Shown here: in pieces, positions 9,240 to 19,569 of the stretch
Position numbering within the stretch: the first letter of the stretch is position 1
Layout of the letters: each line of letters begins with the position of its first letter
Origin: Candidatus Omnitrophota bacterium
GTDB lineage: Bacteria; Omnitrophota; 4484-213
DNA: 39,482 nt
Assembly (NCBI GenBank): GCA_003645805.1
Contig: QNCL01000002.1
Span: 1 to 39,482 of the forward strand
Direction: 5' to 3'
Notes under the pieces: generated by a model
Databases searched by the model: none
The model's input: only the letters and a program-made list of their open reading frames with translations
What the model was told of the DNA's origin: nothing
Made by a program: the position numbers and the translations under genes

Positions 9240-9974
9240 ATGATAAAGGTTAGCATTAGTGGATATTGCGGGAAGATGGGCAGAACTATTGCCCTTTTAG
9301 CATTTGATGATAAGGAGATAGAGGTTTGTGGGGCTTTGGAGAGAGAGGATCATCCTCTTCTGGGTAAGGATATTGGAGAGATAATCGGAAGAGAGAGGGT
9401 AGGGATTCATCTAAAAGAGAAAGCAGAGGAGGTAATCAGAATATCTGATGTGCTTATAGAATTCAGCACTTCTCAGGCGACCTTAGAGCATATAAGGGTA
9501 GCAAAGGAGTGCAGAAAAGCAATGGTGATTGGCACCACCGGATTTACTCCCGCAGAGAGCAAAGAGATAAGAGAAGCAGGAGAGGTCATTCCTATCTTTA
9601 TCTCTCCCAATATGAGCAGAGGAGTAAATCTGCTCTTCCGGCTAATAGAGGAAACAGCAAAGTATTTAGGGAAGGAGTATAGGGTAGAGATCAGCGAATT
9701 CCATCATCGCTTTAAAAAAGATGCACCCAGTGGCACAGCAAAGAGGTTGGCGCAGATAGTCAAGGAGGCGGGTAATAGAGAGGAAGTAGGGATGCACTCT
9801 TTAAGAGGAGGAGATGTAGTAGGTGAGCATACAGTGGTTTTTGTTACCGATGGCGAGAGGCTGGAATTAACGCATAAGGCACATTCACGCAAAGCGTTCG
9901 CTCAAGGGGCGATTGCTGCGGCAAAGTTTATTGCAAAGAAGGATAAGGGAGTATATAATAAACTCAACTTCTGA
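9240..9974 (+). CDS. dapB: 4-hydroxy-tetrahydrodipicolinate reductase
   Basis: Contains the N-terminal nucleotide-binding motif GYCGKMGR and the DapB signature [18 protein letters not shown] 9240 is preferred over the track TTG 9216, whose extension is itself the SD-like GGAGGAAAGGAGAGGAAAGG. Confidence 0.92.
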   Translation: MIKVSISGYCGKMGRTIALLAFDDKEIEVCGALEREDHPLLGKDIGEIIGRERVGIHLKEKAEEVIRISDVLIEFSTSQATLEHIRVAKECRKAMVIGTTGFTPAESKEIREAGEVIPIFISPNMSRGVNLLFRLIEETAKYLGKEYRVEISEFHHRFKKDAPSGTAKRLAQIVKEAGNREEVGMHSLRGGDVVGEHTVVFVTDGERLELTHKAHSRKAFAQGAIAAAKFIAKKDKGVYNKLNF

Positions 9975-9997
9975 AAGGTTGCAAAGAGGGAGGTAAA

Positions 9998-10234
9998 ATG
10001 GCGCACAAAAAAGGACAGGGAAGCACACAGAATGGAAGAGATAGCCGTTCAAAGAGGCTGGGGGTGAAAGTTTATGGAGGAAGTTTTGTGCCTGCAGGAG
10101 GAATTATTGTCCGTCAGCGAGGAACACGATTTAAGCCCGGTCTTAATGTAGGGAGAGGGAGAGACGATACCCTTTTTGCCCTTACCTCCGGAGTGGTAGT
10201 GTTTAGAGGAACAAGGGTAGATGTTCGTGGATGA
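9998..10234 (+). CDS. rpmA: 50S ribosomal protein L27
   Basis: [24 protein letters not shown]...IIVRQRGT is the canonical L27 N-terminus. GGGAGG lies upstream. Confidence 0.95.
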   Translation: MAHKKGQGSTQNGRDSRSKRLGVKVYGGSFVPAGGIIVRQRGTRFKPGLNVGRGRDDTLFALTSGVVVFRGTRVDVRG

Positions 10235-11165
10235 AGCAAGGATATTCGTGAAAGGCGGAAAAGGTGGAGACGGTTGCAATAGTTGGGTAAGAAATCGGCG
10301 TGGAAAGAGGATCCCTACTGGAGGAAGTGGGGGGAGAGGTGGAAATGTAATTATTAAAGCAGACCCCCATTTGAGCACCTTAGCCGATTTCCATTATAAA
10401 CAGTATTATTTTGCTCAAAAAGGAGGCAGAGGAGGAAGTAATTATAAGCAAGGGAAAGAAGGAGAGGATTGTATAATCAGGGTCCCGGTGGGGACAGTAA
10501 TATTTGATGCAAGAGATAATTGTCTATTGCGAGATTTAGCCACTCCTGAAAGTGAGGTAGTTGTTGCTTATGGAGGCAAAGGGGGAGCAGGTAATGTGCA
10601 TCAGATTGCTCAGCAGGGAGAAGAGGGAGAAGAAAGAGAACTTAAACTGGAATTAAAACTGGTTGCAGATGGGGGAATAATAGGATATCCCAATAGTGGC
10701 AAGTCTACACTCATCTCCAGACTTTCTAATGTTAAACCCAAAATTGCCGATTATCCTTTTACCACTCTCGCTCCTGTGTTAGGAGTGCTAAAAGGGAAGA
10801 AGGAGATAGTAATATGCGAAATTCCAGGTTTAATAAAAGGAGCCAGCAAAGGAAAGGGATTGGGTACACTTTTTCTTCGTCATATTGAACGCACAAAATT
10901 TTTGATTCATTTGATAGACCTCTCCCAGATTAATCCCCAAGATCCTTTATCCACCTTTAACTCCTTAAACAAAGAACTTGAAGCCTATAACAAGGACTTG
11001 CTCTCTAAAAAGCAGATTATCGTACTTAATAAAATAGACCTTTTAGAGGCAAAGAGGAATATTGCTTTATTTAACTCAAAGATAAAACAACAGACCTATC
11101 CCATCTCTGCTTTTACCGGCGAGGGAATAGAGAGGCTAAAGAAGGTTTTGGAGGATAGTGTTTAG
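10221..11165 (+). CDS. obg: GTPase Obg/CgtA (short form, no C-terminal OCT/TGS-type extension)
   Basis: [18 protein letters not shown] is the glycine-rich Obg fold. G-domain motifs are [16 protein letters not shown] and NKID. Confidence 0.95.
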   Translation: MFVDEARIFVKGGKGGDGCNSWVRNRRGKRIPTGGSGGRGGNVIIKADPHLSTLADFHYKQYYFAQKGGRGGSNYKQGKEGEDCIIRVPVGTVIFDARDNCLLRDLATPESEVVVAYGGKGGAGNVHQIAQQGEEGEERELKLELKLVADGGIIGYPNSGKSTLISRLSNVKPKIADYPFTTLAPVLGVLKGKKEIVICEIPGLIKGASKGKGLGTLFLRHIERTKFLIHLIDLSQINPQDPLSTFNSLNKELEAYNKDLLSKKQIIVLNKIDLLEAKRNIALFNSKIKQQTYPISAFTGEGIERLKKVLEDSV

Positions 11166-11168
11166 AGT

Positions 11169-12272
11169 ATGCAAGAATTTACGCATATAAAAAGAGTAGT
11201 AATCAAGGTAGGGACAAGGGTATTAAGCAAAGAGGGAAGGTTGGAGGAACAACAGATCAAGGAGATAGGGGAGCAGATTAAATACTTGCTCAATAGGAAG
11301 ATTAAAGTTGTTCTGGTGAGTTCAGGAGCGATTGCCGCTGGCTTGGGGATGTTGGGGCTAAAGAGAAAGAAGGGCTTTCTTCCTTTTCAGCAGGGATTAG
11401 CAGCTATAGGGCAGGTGGAGTTGATGAATAGATACAAACATTCTCTCCAACCCTATCTAAGTGCTCAGATTTTGCTTACCCGGGAAGATTTAAACCAACG
11501 CCAGCGCTATCTCAATGTGCGACATACCCTTTCCATCCTCTGGGAGTGGGGGGTGGTTCCGATTATAAATGAGAATGACAGTGTTTCTACCGAAGAGATA
11601 AAGTTTGGAGACAATGATCTATTAGCAAGTTTGGTAGCCAGTTTAGTAAATGCTCAACTTCTTCTCATCCTTTCGGATGTTGAAGGTTTTTACTCTGAGG
11701 GGAGGAAGGTAGTTTCTGTGGTGGAGAGGATTACACCAGCGATAGAGAGGATGGTATTTGAGCAAGAGGAAGGTCTGAGCAAGGGAGGAATGGCTTCCAA
11801 ACTACAGGCGGCAAAGATAGCAACAAGAGCGGGGATACCTACCCTTATCGCTAACGGAAGAGAGAAAGGAATTGTTAAGCAGATCATTGAGGGGAGGAAA
11901 AAAGGAACTCTGTTCTTAGCCCAAAAAAAACTTCCTGCCCGCAAGAGTTGGATTGCTTTCTCTTCGCTTCCATCTGGAGAGGTAATTGTGGACAAAGGAG
12001 CCAAGGAGGCTTTACTTAAGAAAGGCAAGAGTTTACTATCTTCGGGAATTGTAGGCACCAAAGGGAGGTTTAAAGTAGGAGATGTGGTTTCTATCATAGA
12101 TGAAAATGGAGAGGAGATAGGACGAGGACTGGTAAACTACTCTCAAGAGGAGGTTGAGAAGATAAAAGGTTTGCAGAGTAGAGAGATTGAAAGGAGGTTG
12201 GGTTACAGATACTATGAAGAAGTTATCCACCGAGATAATCTGTATTGCTCAGAGAGCGAGGAAAGCAAGTAA
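11169..12272 (+). CDS. proB: Glutamate 5-kinase with C-terminal PUA domain
   Basis: 367 aa with VVIKVGTRVL, SSGAIAAG, NENDSVSTEEIKFGDND and a C-terminal PUA-like region ending ...EVIHRDNL. Confidence 0.95.
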   Translation: MQEFTHIKRVVIKVGTRVLSKEGRLEEQQIKEIGEQIKYLLNRKIKVVLVSSGAIAAGLGMLGLKRKKGFLPFQQGLAAIGQVELMNRYKHSLQPYLSAQILLTREDLNQRQRYLNVRHTLSILWEWGVVPIINENDSVSTEEIKFGDNDLLASLVASLVNAQLLLILSDVEGFYSEGRKVVSVVERITPAIERMVFEQEEGLSKGGMASKLQAAKIATRAGIPTLIANGREKGIVKQIIEGRKKGTLFLAQKKLPARKSWIAFSSLPSGEVIVDKGAKEALLKKGKSLLSSGIVGTKGRFKVGDVVSIIDENGEEIGRGLVNYSQEEVEKIKGLQSREIERRLGYRYYEEVIHRDNLYCSESEESK

Positions 12273-13479
12273 AGAGTTAGCCAATTGCGGATCGGCGCAG
12301 AGAAACAAGGCTCTCCTGGCAATGGCTGAGGCACTTAGAGAGCATAAACAGAGGATTGCAAAAGCCAACAAGAAAGATTTAGAACTGGCTAAGGGGCAGA
12401 GCAACGCCTTTCTCGGGCGTTTAAAACTGGATGAGCAGGGAGTTTTGAAGATAGCCGAAAGGATAGAGAAGATAGTTCATCTGGAGGATCCTGTAGGAAA
12501 ACTTATAAAAGAATGGGAGGGGGTGCAAGGTTTGAAGATTAGAAAGGTGCGTGTGCCTATCGGGGTGATTGCTGTTATTTATGAATCTCGCCCTGAGGTC
12601 AGCGCAGATTGCAGTGCTCTCTGTGTAAAGAGCGGAAATGCAGTGATTCTTAAAGGAGGAAAGGAAGCATTTAACTCTAATCAAGCAATTACTCAAGCAT
12701 TAAGGGAGGCAATAAAGCCGTATCTGCCAGAAGGGACAGTAAACCTTATAGAGAGCAAAGAAAGAGAAGCGGTAGATATTCTCTTAACCCTAAGTGATTA
12801 TATTGACCTGATCATCCCCCGCGGGGGAGAATCACTGATAAGAAAGGTAGTGGAAAAGTCAAGGATTCCGGTGATAAAGCATTATAAAGGGATATGTCAT
12901 ATCTATGTAGATGAAGATGCAGACCTGAATATGGCAGAGGAGATATGCTATAATGCAAAGGTGCAGAAACCTTCCACCTGTAATGCAATGGAGACCCTGC
13001 TCATTCATACAGATGTTGCAGTTCGTTTTCTTCCCTTTATTGTAAGAAGATTGCAGAACTCGGGAGTAGAAGTGCGTGGATGCAGGAAGACAAAGCAGAT
13101 ATTAGACGCTATCAGCAAACTGCAGGTGAAGGAAGCGAAAGAAGAGGATTGGAGCACAGAGTATTTGGATCTTATCCTTTCTATAAAGGTGGTGGAGAGT
13201 TTGGAGGAAGCAATAGAGCATATCAACAAGTATGGAACAAAGCACTCCGATGCAATTATCACCGATGATAGAAAAAAAGCAGAGGAGTTTCTGCAAAGGG
13301 TGGATTCAGCCTGTGTTTACTGGAATGCATCTACACGCTTTACCGATGGGGAACAATTTAGAATGGGAGCAGAGATGGGTATTAGCACAGATAAGATACA
13401 TTGTCGTGGCCCTATGGCTTTGGAGGAACTTACTTCCTATAAATATCTCATTTATGGAAGAGGACAGATAAGAGAGTAA
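12214..13479 (+). CDS. proA: Gamma-glutamyl phosphate reductase
   Basis: Aldehyde-dehydrogenase-type enzyme with the catalytic-Cys region STCNAMETLLIH. ATG 12214 (MKKLSTEII...) is preferred to the track TTG 12187. Either start overlaps the proB 3' end. Confidence 0.93.
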   Translation: MKKLSTEIICIAQRARKASKELANCGSAQRNKALLAMAEALREHKQRIAKANKKDLELAKGQSNAFLGRLKLDEQGVLKIAERIEKIVHLEDPVGKLIKEWEGVQGLKIRKVRVPIGVIAVIYESRPEVSADCSALCVKSGNAVILKGGKEAFNSNQAITQALREAIKPYLPEGTVNLIESKEREAVDILLTLSDYIDLIIPRGGESLIRKVVEKSRIPVIKHYKGICHIYVDEDADLNMAEEICYNAKVQKPSTCNAMETLLIHTDVAVRFLPFIVRRLQNSGVEVRGCRKTKQILDAISKLQVKEAKEEDWSTEYLDLILSIKVVESLEEAIEHINKYGTKHSDAIITDDRKKAEEFLQRVDSACVYWNASTRFTDGEQFRMGAEMGISTDKIHCRGPMALEELTSYKYLIYGRGQIRE

Positions 13480-13498
13480 AGGCTTTGTGGGAAGAAAT

Positions 13499-14047
13499 AT
13501 GCGCATCGGAGTTTTAGGAGGGTCTTTTGATCCTGTTCATTTAGGGCATCTTCTATTAGCCGAACAGGCGAGGCAGGAATTGGAGTTGGAGAAGGTAATA
13601 TTTATTCCTTCTTTTCTTGCTCCTTTTAAAAAAGAGAACGCTCCTGCACTCTGCCGATACAAGATGGTTTGTTTAGCCATAAAAAGAAACCCTTATTTTG
13701 AGGTTTCTTTTCTGGAGATAAAGAGAAAGGGAGTTTCCTACTCTATAGATACAATAAGAGAACTGAAAAAGGTTTATGATCGAGAGGAGATGTTCTTTAT
13801 TCTTGGCTCTGATGCCTGGAATCATTTCTCCTCTTGGAAGGAAAAGGATAAACTTTTGCAATTGGTGAGGTTTGCAGTGATAGAACGCCCTGGTTTTCCC
13901 CTGAAGGAGCAAGGAGCCCAGAAGATAGAAGGAGAGGTTTTTCCCATTTCCTCTTCTCAGATCAGGGAGAAGGTAAAAAGAGGGGAGTCTATTCGCTATT
14001 TAGTTCCCGAGGCGGTAAGAAGATATATTCTAAACAAGGGGTTGTAA
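13499..14047 (+). CDS. nadD: Nicotinate-nucleotide adenylyltransferase
   Basis: MRIGVLGGSFDPVHLGHL carries the (H/T)xGH motif. Conserved obg-proBA-nadD neighbourhood. ATG 13499 is preferred to GTG 13487. Confidence 0.92.
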   Translation: MRIGVLGGSFDPVHLGHLLLAEQARQELELEKVIFIPSFLAPFKKENAPALCRYKMVCLAIKRNPYFEVSFLEIKRKGVSYSIDTIRELKKVYDREEMFFILGSDAWNHFSSWKEKDKLLQLVRFAVIERPGFPLKEQGAQKIEGEVFPISSSQIREKVKRGESIRYLVPEAVRRYILNKGL

Positions 14048-14070
14048 AAATAAGAGGTTTATGATAGAAT
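14042..14070 (+). promoter_or_regulatory. Promoter for the rpsF-ssb-rpsR operon (TTGTAA-N14-TGA-TAGAAT)
   Basis: -35 TTGTAA at 14042-14047 overlaps the nadD stop. The spacer is 17 nt with TGn at 14062-14064. -10 TAGAAT is at 14065-14070. Confidence 0.45.
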
Positions 14071-14142
14071 AATTAAAATTCCAAGAGATAGATAATCTGA
14101 CAGGAAGATGATAAAGCATTTAAAGGTTTGAAAGGAGTGAAG

Positions 14143-14427
14143 ATGCACAGATACGAGGGGATGCTTATTCTAAAACCACACCTGGGTAAGGAAAGGGAAG
14201 AGGAGATAAGCAGGAAAATTGAGAAGTTGATTACTCAGGAGGGGGGGAAGATCAAAAACTTTCAACCTTGGGGAGAGCGGAAATTAGCCTATAGGATAGG
14301 GAAGGAGAATAGAGGAGTCTATTTTCTTTTTCACTTCCTGCTTTCTCCCCAGTCAGTAGAGAAAATAAAGAGAGCCTGTCAGTTAGAGGAGGATATCTTG
14401 CGGATTTTAATTGTGAGGATGAAGTAG
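14143..14427 (+). CDS. rpsF: 30S ribosomal protein S6
   Basis: MHRYEGMLILKP...WGERKLAYRI is typical of S6. ATG 14143 is preceded by AAAGGAG. rpsF-ssb-rpsR order. Confidence 0.93.
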   Translation: MHRYEGMLILKPHLGKEREEEISRKIEKLITQEGGKIKNFQPWGERKLAYRIGKENRGVYFLFHFLLSPQSVEKIKRACQLEEDILRILIVRMK

Positions 14428-14440
14428 ATTGGAGGGAGAA

Positions 14441-14917
14441 ATGACCGGGATAAATAGGGTGTTTGTAGGTGGAAATCTGACGCGTGATCCAGAATTGCGT
14501 TATACCCCCCAAGGCTCGCCAGTGTTGAATTTTAGCATCGCTATAAACAGGACCTATACTACTCAATCAGGGGAAAGGAAGGAAGAGGTAGAGTTTGTTC
14601 GTATTGTTGTTTGGGGCAAGCAGGCAGAGACATGTAGTCGATATTTAAGCAAAGGGAGTTCGGTATTGGTGGAAGGGCGATTATCCTCTCGCTCTTGGGA
14701 GGGGCAGGATGGAGTAAAGAGGAATATTACAGAGGTGGTGGCTAATAGGGTGCATTTTCTTACCACAGGGAAGACCGGCGAAGAGGGATTCTCAGAATCA
14801 AGAGAGGTCTTGGAGGCTGATATTCCTAAGGAGGCAGGTTCCAAAAACGGAGAATATACAGAGGAGATTAATGGTGAGCAAACTCCTCTTTCAGAGATGG
14901 AAAAGCCTCCATTTTAG
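14441..14917 (+). CDS. ssb: Single-stranded DNA-binding protein
   Basis: OB-fold N-terminus NRVFVGGNLTRDPELRYTPQGSPVLNFSIA, a disordered acidic tail, and a terminal PPF tip. ATG 14441 follows GGAGGGAGAA. Confidence 0.93.
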   Translation: MTGINRVFVGGNLTRDPELRYTPQGSPVLNFSIAINRTYTTQSGERKEEVEFVRIVVWGKQAETCSRYLSKGSSVLVEGRLSSRSWEGQDGVKRNITEVVANRVHFLTTGKTGEEGFSESREVLEADIPKEAGSKNGEYTEEINGEQTPLSEMEKPPF

Positions 14918-14943
14918 TTTTTGAATAAACTAAGGAGAGAGAG

Positions 14944-15213
14944 ATGAAAAGCAACAAAACAGCAAAGAAAAGAAAGAGAGGAGAAAGAGTGTTTGCAGTA
15001 AGGAAGATGTGCAGGTTTTGTGAACAGATCAAAAAGAGCAGACAAAATAGTAGGGTATTTATTGATTACAAGAATGTTGAGGTGCTGAAGAAGTTTGTAA
15101 GTGAGAGAGGAAGAATTATTCCTCGCCGCGTCTCCGGAGTATGCGCTAAACATCAACGAGAGTTGAGTAAAGCCATTAAACGGGCAAGGAACATTGCTTT
15201 GTTGCCCGGGTAG
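14944..15213 (+). CDS. rpsR: 30S ribosomal protein S18
   Basis: CRFCEQ...[49 protein letters not shown] is the canonical S18 core. Confidence 0.95.
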   Translation: MKSNKTAKKRKRGERVFAVRKMCRFCEQIKKSRQNSRVFIDYKNVEVLKKFVSERGRIIPRRVSGVCAKHQRELSKAIKRARNIALLPG

Positions 15214-15264
15214 AGAGCAAAGATTGTTTTGGTAATTATTTTGTTAATCACTAACTAAGGCAAG

Positions 15265-15720
15265 ATGAAGATAATCCTGCTTACCGACATTCCCAGGTTA
15301 GGAAAAGAGGGAGATATTGTAGAGGTAAAGGATGGTTATGCGCGCAACTTTCTTCTTCCTAAAGGAATGGCTTTGCTTGCCAGCACCAGGAATGTGAAGG
15401 TTATTCAGCAAAAAAGAGAGAGGGAACTCAGGAAGGAGAAAGAGAGGGAAGAGGAACTTAGAAGATTGGCTGAACAAATATCTCGCACCTCTTGCACTCT
15501 ATTTGCTGTGGTAGGTGAGAAGGACAGAATTTTCGGAGAGATTACCAGCAGAGATATCGCAGATGCGCTCAAGGAGAAGGGATTGGAGATTGATAAAAAG
15601 AATATAGAGATCAAGGAGCCAATAAGAAAATTAGGAGTGTATAATGTAAAGGTAAGATTAAGCGCTCAGGTAATTACTGACCTTAGAGTTTGCGTTGCCG
15701 AGAAGAGAGATGAGCATTGA
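15265..15720 (+). CDS. rplI: 50S ribosomal protein L9
   Basis: MKIILLTDIPRLGKEGDIVEVKDGYARNFLLPKGMA is the canonical L9 N-domain. 151 aa. Confidence 0.95.
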   Translation: MKIILLTDIPRLGKEGDIVEVKDGYARNFLLPKGMALLASTRNVKVIQQKRERELRKEKEREEELRRLAEQISRTSCTLFAVVGEKDRIFGEITSRDIADALKEKGLEIDKKNIEIKEPIRKLGVYNVKVRLSAQVITDLRVCVAEKRDEH

Positions 15721-17062
15721 GGGCATAGAGAGAGTCCCCCCCCAGAATATAGAAGCAGAGATGAGCGTGCTGGGGGCAATGCTTTTAGATAAAGAGGCGA
15801 TTCCTCAAGCGATAGAGATTCTAAAAGAGGATTATTTCTATCAAGAGAAACATCGCCGTATCTTCTCTGCTATTGTTTCCCTATTTGAGCAAGGGAAAGC
15901 AGTAGATCTAATCACGCTTAAAGAAGAACTGAAAAAGAGAAAGTGGTTGAAGGAGGTAGGAGGGGTAAGTTATCTAACCACTTTAACCAATGTTGTTCCC
16001 AGTTCCGCTAATATTGAGGAGTATGCACATATTGTAAAGGAAAAAGCCCTGTTAAGGGGATTAATCTCTGCCTCTACCCAGATAATAAAGGAAAGTTATG
16101 ACTCCTCTCAGGATCCCGATCTGCTTTTAGATAGAGCAGAGAGGGCTATCTTTAATGTTGTTCAGTATAGGGTAGAATCCAAGGTTTTTTCTTTTAATCA
16201 GTTAATAAAGGACAGCATAGAGACGATAGACCGTCTTTACCAAAATAAAGCCAATATTACAGGAATTCCCAGTGGTTTTAGAGAACTGGATGTGATGACT
16301 GCCGGACTCCAGCCTTCGGATTTAATCATCATTGCGGGTAGACCTTCTATGGGTAAGAGTGCTTTTGCTTGCTCTATCGCTGAGAGTGTAGGCTTAGTGC
16401 ACAAGTTTCCTCTGGTTTTCTTTAGTCTGGAGATGTCCCGTCAACAACTGGTGCAGAGAATGCTCTGCTCCTGTGCGCGTATTGATGCACACAAGGTACG
16501 CACAGGTTTCCTTTCCCATTCTGATTGGCCAGTGTTAATCAATGCTGCGAGTAAACTTAGTGAAGCACCTATATTTGTGGATGATACTCCAGGGATCTCT
16601 GTTTTAGAATTGCGTGCCAAAGCAAGGAGGTTAAAAGCACGCTATAATATCCAGATGGTGATAGTAGATTACCTGCAGTTAATGCAAGGACCAGCAAAAG
16701 CAGAGAATCGTCAGCAGGAGATTTCCGAGATCTCCCGTTCTCTAAAGGCATTGGCGCGGGAACTGAATATTCCCGTGATAGCGATTAGCCAACTTTCCCG
16801 AGCAGTAGAGGCAAGAACAAGCCACCGTCCTCAACTCTCTGACCTGAGAGAATCAGGAGCAATAGAGCAGGATGCAGACCTTGTGCTTTTATTATTACGG
16901 GAAGAATACTACAATCCCACCGAAGAGAACAAAGGAATTGCTGAGGTGATTATCGGAAAGCAGCGAAACGGTCCTGTAGGTTCCATAAAACTTGCTTTCA
17001 TTAAGGAATATGCACGCTTTGAAGATCTTTCCTTAAGAGAGGAGATAGAGGAAAAAGAGTGA
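15710..17062 (+). CDS. dnaB: Replicative DNA helicase DnaB
   Basis: PPQNIEAEMSVLGAMLLD N-domain, Walker A GRPSMGKSAF, VIVDYLQLM and the RESGAIEQDAD motif. At about 450 aa there is no room for an intein. ATG 15710 is preferred to TTG 15695. Confidence 0.96.
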   Translation: MSIEGIERVPPQNIEAEMSVLGAMLLDKEAIPQAIEILKEDYFYQEKHRRIFSAIVSLFEQGKAVDLITLKEELKKRKWLKEVGGVSYLTTLTNVVPSSANIEEYAHIVKEKALLRGLISASTQIIKESYDSSQDPDLLLDRAERAIFNVVQYRVESKVFSFNQLIKDSIETIDRLYQNKANITGIPSGFRELDVMTAGLQPSDLIIIAGRPSMGKSAFACSIAESVGLVHKFPLVFFSLEMSRQQLVQRMLCSCARIDAHKVRTGFLSHSDWPVLINAASKLSEAPIFVDDTPGISVLELRAKARRLKARYNIQMVIVDYLQLMQGPAKAENRQQEISEISRSLKALARELNIPVIAISQLSRAVEARTSHRPQLSDLRESGAIEQDADLVLLLLREEYYNPTEENKGIAEVIIGKQRNGPVGSIKLAFIKEYARFEDLSLREEIEEKE

Positions 17063-17121
17063 TCGAGAGGGTGAGCAAAATAATATATTGCTCTCTGCAA
17101 TAGAAACCGAGATGGAAAGAA

Positions 17122-17868
17122 ATGCATTATCTGCTTAGTTGGTGGAAGCCGATATTAGAGATAACTGCTGTTTGGATAGTAATTTATTTTGTACTCTTGT
17201 TTATAAAAGGCACTCGGGCTGTTCAGGTATTAAAAGGATTAATAGTTCTGTTTATTGCCTTTTTTATTGCCCAAGTTTTGCAACTTAATATTATTAACTG
17301 GTTACTTACCAAGATATTCGCTATTAGCGTCATTGCTTTTCTGATAATCTTTCAGCCTGAACTCCGCCGAGGGCTTGCCCATTTAGGACAAAACCGTTGG
17401 TTTCGCTTCTTGGCTCGGGAAGAGAAGGTCCTTGAGGAGATTGTTAAAGCAGTGAGTATTCTGGCGCGCCGCAGGATTGGAGCCCTGATCGTGATCGCCC
17501 GAGAGACAGGGTTAAAAAACTATATTGAGAATGGTATCTGTCTGGATGCAAATCTGAGCAAAGAGCTTATTTTAGCGGTGTTTAACCCCCATTCTCCTTT
17601 ACACGATGGAGGGCTGATTGTGCAGGAGGAGAGGATTGCTTCCTGTCGTTGTTTTTTTCCTTTGAGCGAGAATCCGTATTTAGGAAAGAATCTGGGAACA
17701 CGCCATCGGGCAGCGGTAGGTTTGAGTGAGGAGAGCGACGCTATTTGCATTGTTGTTTCTGAGGAGAGAGGAGAGATTTCTTTGGCAGTGGACGGAGATT
17801 TAAAGAGCAACTTAGATACTCAGGAATTAACCCAGAGATTAAAAGCCTTATATACAAAGAATGCATAA
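17122..17868 (+). CDS. cdaA: Membrane-anchored diadenylate cyclase CdaA (DisA_N/DAC domain)
   Basis: Three N-terminal hydrophobic helices, then a DAC domain with PLHDGGLIV and GTRHRAAVGLSEESDA (RHR motif). Confidence 0.9.
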   Translation: MHYLLSWWKPILEITAVWIVIYFVLLFIKGTRAVQVLKGLIVLFIAFFIAQVLQLNIINWLLTKIFAISVIAFLIIFQPELRRGLAHLGQNRWFRFLAREEKVLEEIVKAVSILARRRIGALIVIARETGLKNYIENGICLDANLSKELILAVFNPHSPLHDGGLIVQEERIASCRCFFPLSENPYLGKNLGTRHRAAVGLSEESDAICIVVSEERGEISLAVDGDLKSNLDTQELTQRLKALYTKNA

Positions 17869-18832
17869 TATAAAGAATCTCTTTGTGCATAATCTTTCTC
17901 TCAAGATTATCTCCTTATTCTTGGCTATTATCCTCTGGTTCTATGTTGCCGGGGAGCAGAAGGAGGAGATAGAAAGAAGAGCAAGTCTGAATATAGAACC
18001 CCCGGCGGGGATGGTGATTATTACTCGCAGCACAGATAAGGTAGATGTCCTGCTAAGAGGGCCTAAGAATAGACTGAGTTTGCTTCCTTCAGATTTAAGG
18101 ATTTACTATAAGATAGAAGGAATAGAGAAGGCAGGAGAGTATAGTTTTACTCTTTCTGCTCAGAATATAGAAGTTCCTTCCGGAGTGAAGGTAGTCTCTA
18201 TTAAGCCTTCTACTATCAGAGTAAGTTTGGATAGGTTGATAAGAAAATGGCTTCCTATCAAGCCAGATATCCAGGGAAGAGTAGGAGAGGGGTATAGAAT
18301 TGTGAAGAAGAAGATCAAGTTGAATCCTAATATCTGTTTAGTAGAGGGACCCGAGAAGGTTCTCAAGAACCTTAAGTATGTTTATACCTCTCCTGTTAAG
18401 GTAACAGGATACACCAAGTCTTTTACTCGGCGTGTTTCTCTTCGTCCCTTAGCAAAGGGGCATCCTTCTTCCTCAGAGATAATAGAGGTAAGTATTCCTA
18501 TTGAAAGAGATCTGGTGAACAAGGAATTCAAGGATGTGCCTTTGAAGTTTCTTCTCTCTTCTTTTAACTTTTTTTTTAAGACTTCAACCAAGAGCGTGAA
18601 TATTACGCTTACAGGCCCAAGAGAGGACTTGGAGAGGATGAAGAAGAGTGATATCATAGCGTTTGTGGATCTCTCAGAGTTAAACCCTGGTAGATATAAA
18701 CTTCCGGTGCATATAAAATTACCTGTTCAAATCTCCCTTCTTTCCGAAGTTCCTCTAATAGAGGTGGAGGTGAAGGATATCTCAGAGTGGAAGGAAAAAC
18801 AGAATGTGTTTTCTCCTTCCTTGAAGGAATAA
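17861..18832 (+). CDS. cdaR: YbbR-domain protein (CdaR-like regulator of CdaA)
   Basis: 323 aa with an N-terminal TM helix and repeated beta-rich YbbR-like modules. The start overlaps the cdaA stop, as in the conserved cdaA-cdaR pairing. Confidence 0.8.
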   Translation: MHNIKNLFVHNLSLKIISLFLAIILWFYVAGEQKEEIERRASLNIEPPAGMVIITRSTDKVDVLLRGPKNRLSLLPSDLRIYYKIEGIEKAGEYSFTLSAQNIEVPSGVKVVSIKPSTIRVSLDRLIRKWLPIKPDIQGRVGEGYRIVKKKIKLNPNICLVEGPEKVLKNLKYVYTSPVKVTGYTKSFTRRVSLRPLAKGHPSSSEIIEVSIPIERDLVNKEFKDVPLKFLLSSFNFFFKTSTKSVNITLTGPREDLERMKKSDIIAFVDLSELNPGRYKLPVHIKLPVQISLLSEVPLIEVEVKDISEWKEKQNVFSPSLKE

Positions 18833-18833
18833 A

Positions 18834-19556
18834 ATGGTCAGGTTATGTGTAAATATTGACCATATTGCTACTTTGAGGCAAGCAAGAGGAGGGATTGAGC
18901 CTGACCCTGTGGTAGCCGCAGGGATTTGTGAACTTGCGGGATGTGCAGGGATTGTGGTTCATCTACGCGAAGACAGAAGACATATTCAGGAGAGAGACCT
19001 TTATCTATTAAAAGAGGTGATAAAGACAAAGTTGAACTTAGAGATGTCCATCAACCCTTCTATTGTAGATGTTGCTCTTGACCTCAAGCCTGACTGTGCT
19101 ACTTTAGTTCCGGAGCGAAGAAGGGAACTTACTACTGAGGGAGGACTGGATGTGCTGAGAAAGAGGAAAGAACTGGCAAAGGTGATAGAGAGATTGAGAA
19201 AAGCAGGGATACAGGTAAGTTTGTTTATTGATGCCCAGATAGAGCAAGTGAAAGCAAGTCAGCAGGTGGGAGCAGAGATTGTGGAACTGCATACAGGTAG
19301 ATATGCCAATGCTTCGGCTAAAGAACAAAGACAAGAACTTGAGAAGTTGAGGATGGCTAAAGAGCGAGCAAGAGAGCAGGGGTTAAGGGTGAGTGCGGGG
19401 CATGGTCTAAACTATCAGAATGTTTGGGCAGTAGCCAGAATAGAGGGTATCGAGGAACTTAATATTGGACATTCTATTATCTCGCGCGCGGTGTTGGTTG
19501 GTTTGGAGAGAGCAGTGAAGGAGATGAAAGAAATTATAAGCAGTGCCCGGGAATAG
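18834..19556 (+). CDS. pdxJ: Pyridoxine 5'-phosphate synthase
   Basis: [25 protein letters not shown] and ELHTG are PdxJ hallmarks. 240 aa. Confidence 0.95.
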   Translation: MVRLCVNIDHIATLRQARGGIEPDPVVAAGICELAGCAGIVVHLREDRRHIQERDLYLLKEVIKTKLNLEMSINPSIVDVALDLKPDCATLVPERRRELTTEGGLDVLRKRKELAKVIERLRKAGIQVSLFIDAQIEQVKASQQVGAEIVELHTGRYANASAKEQRQELEKLRMAKERAREQGLRVSAGHGLNYQNVWAVARIEGIEELNIGHSIISRAVLVGLERAVKEMKEIISSARE

Positions 19557-19569
19557 ATTAGCAGAAACT

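Noticed and set aside
10049-10378. 109-aa minus-strand ORF (PLPPLPP-rich) opposite rpmA/obg. Similar long antisense ORFs occur at 11690-12097, 22845-23279, 29956-30399, 37158-37502, 7809-8111, 6702-7001 and 317-559.
   Set aside because: These are shadow ORFs. The sense strand is purine-rich (GAR/AAR/AGR codons), which depletes stop codons on the antisense strand. Their translations are low-complexity S/L/F/P-rich, they lack an SD, and each is fully covered by a well-supported conserved gene.
13080-13471. Plus-strand alternative-frame ORFs inside proA (13080-13268 and 13232-13471). The same applies inside mrdA (25479-25688) and tadB (36225-36419).
   Set aside because: They are out of frame within strongly supported genes, with no SD, and their translations have no recognisable features. 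They are chance ORFs.
17063-17121. GAGCAA...TTGCTC 6-bp hairpin after dnaB as a possible terminator.
   Set aside because: The stem is short, no U-tract follows, and cdaA follows closely. The evidence is insufficient to call a terminator.
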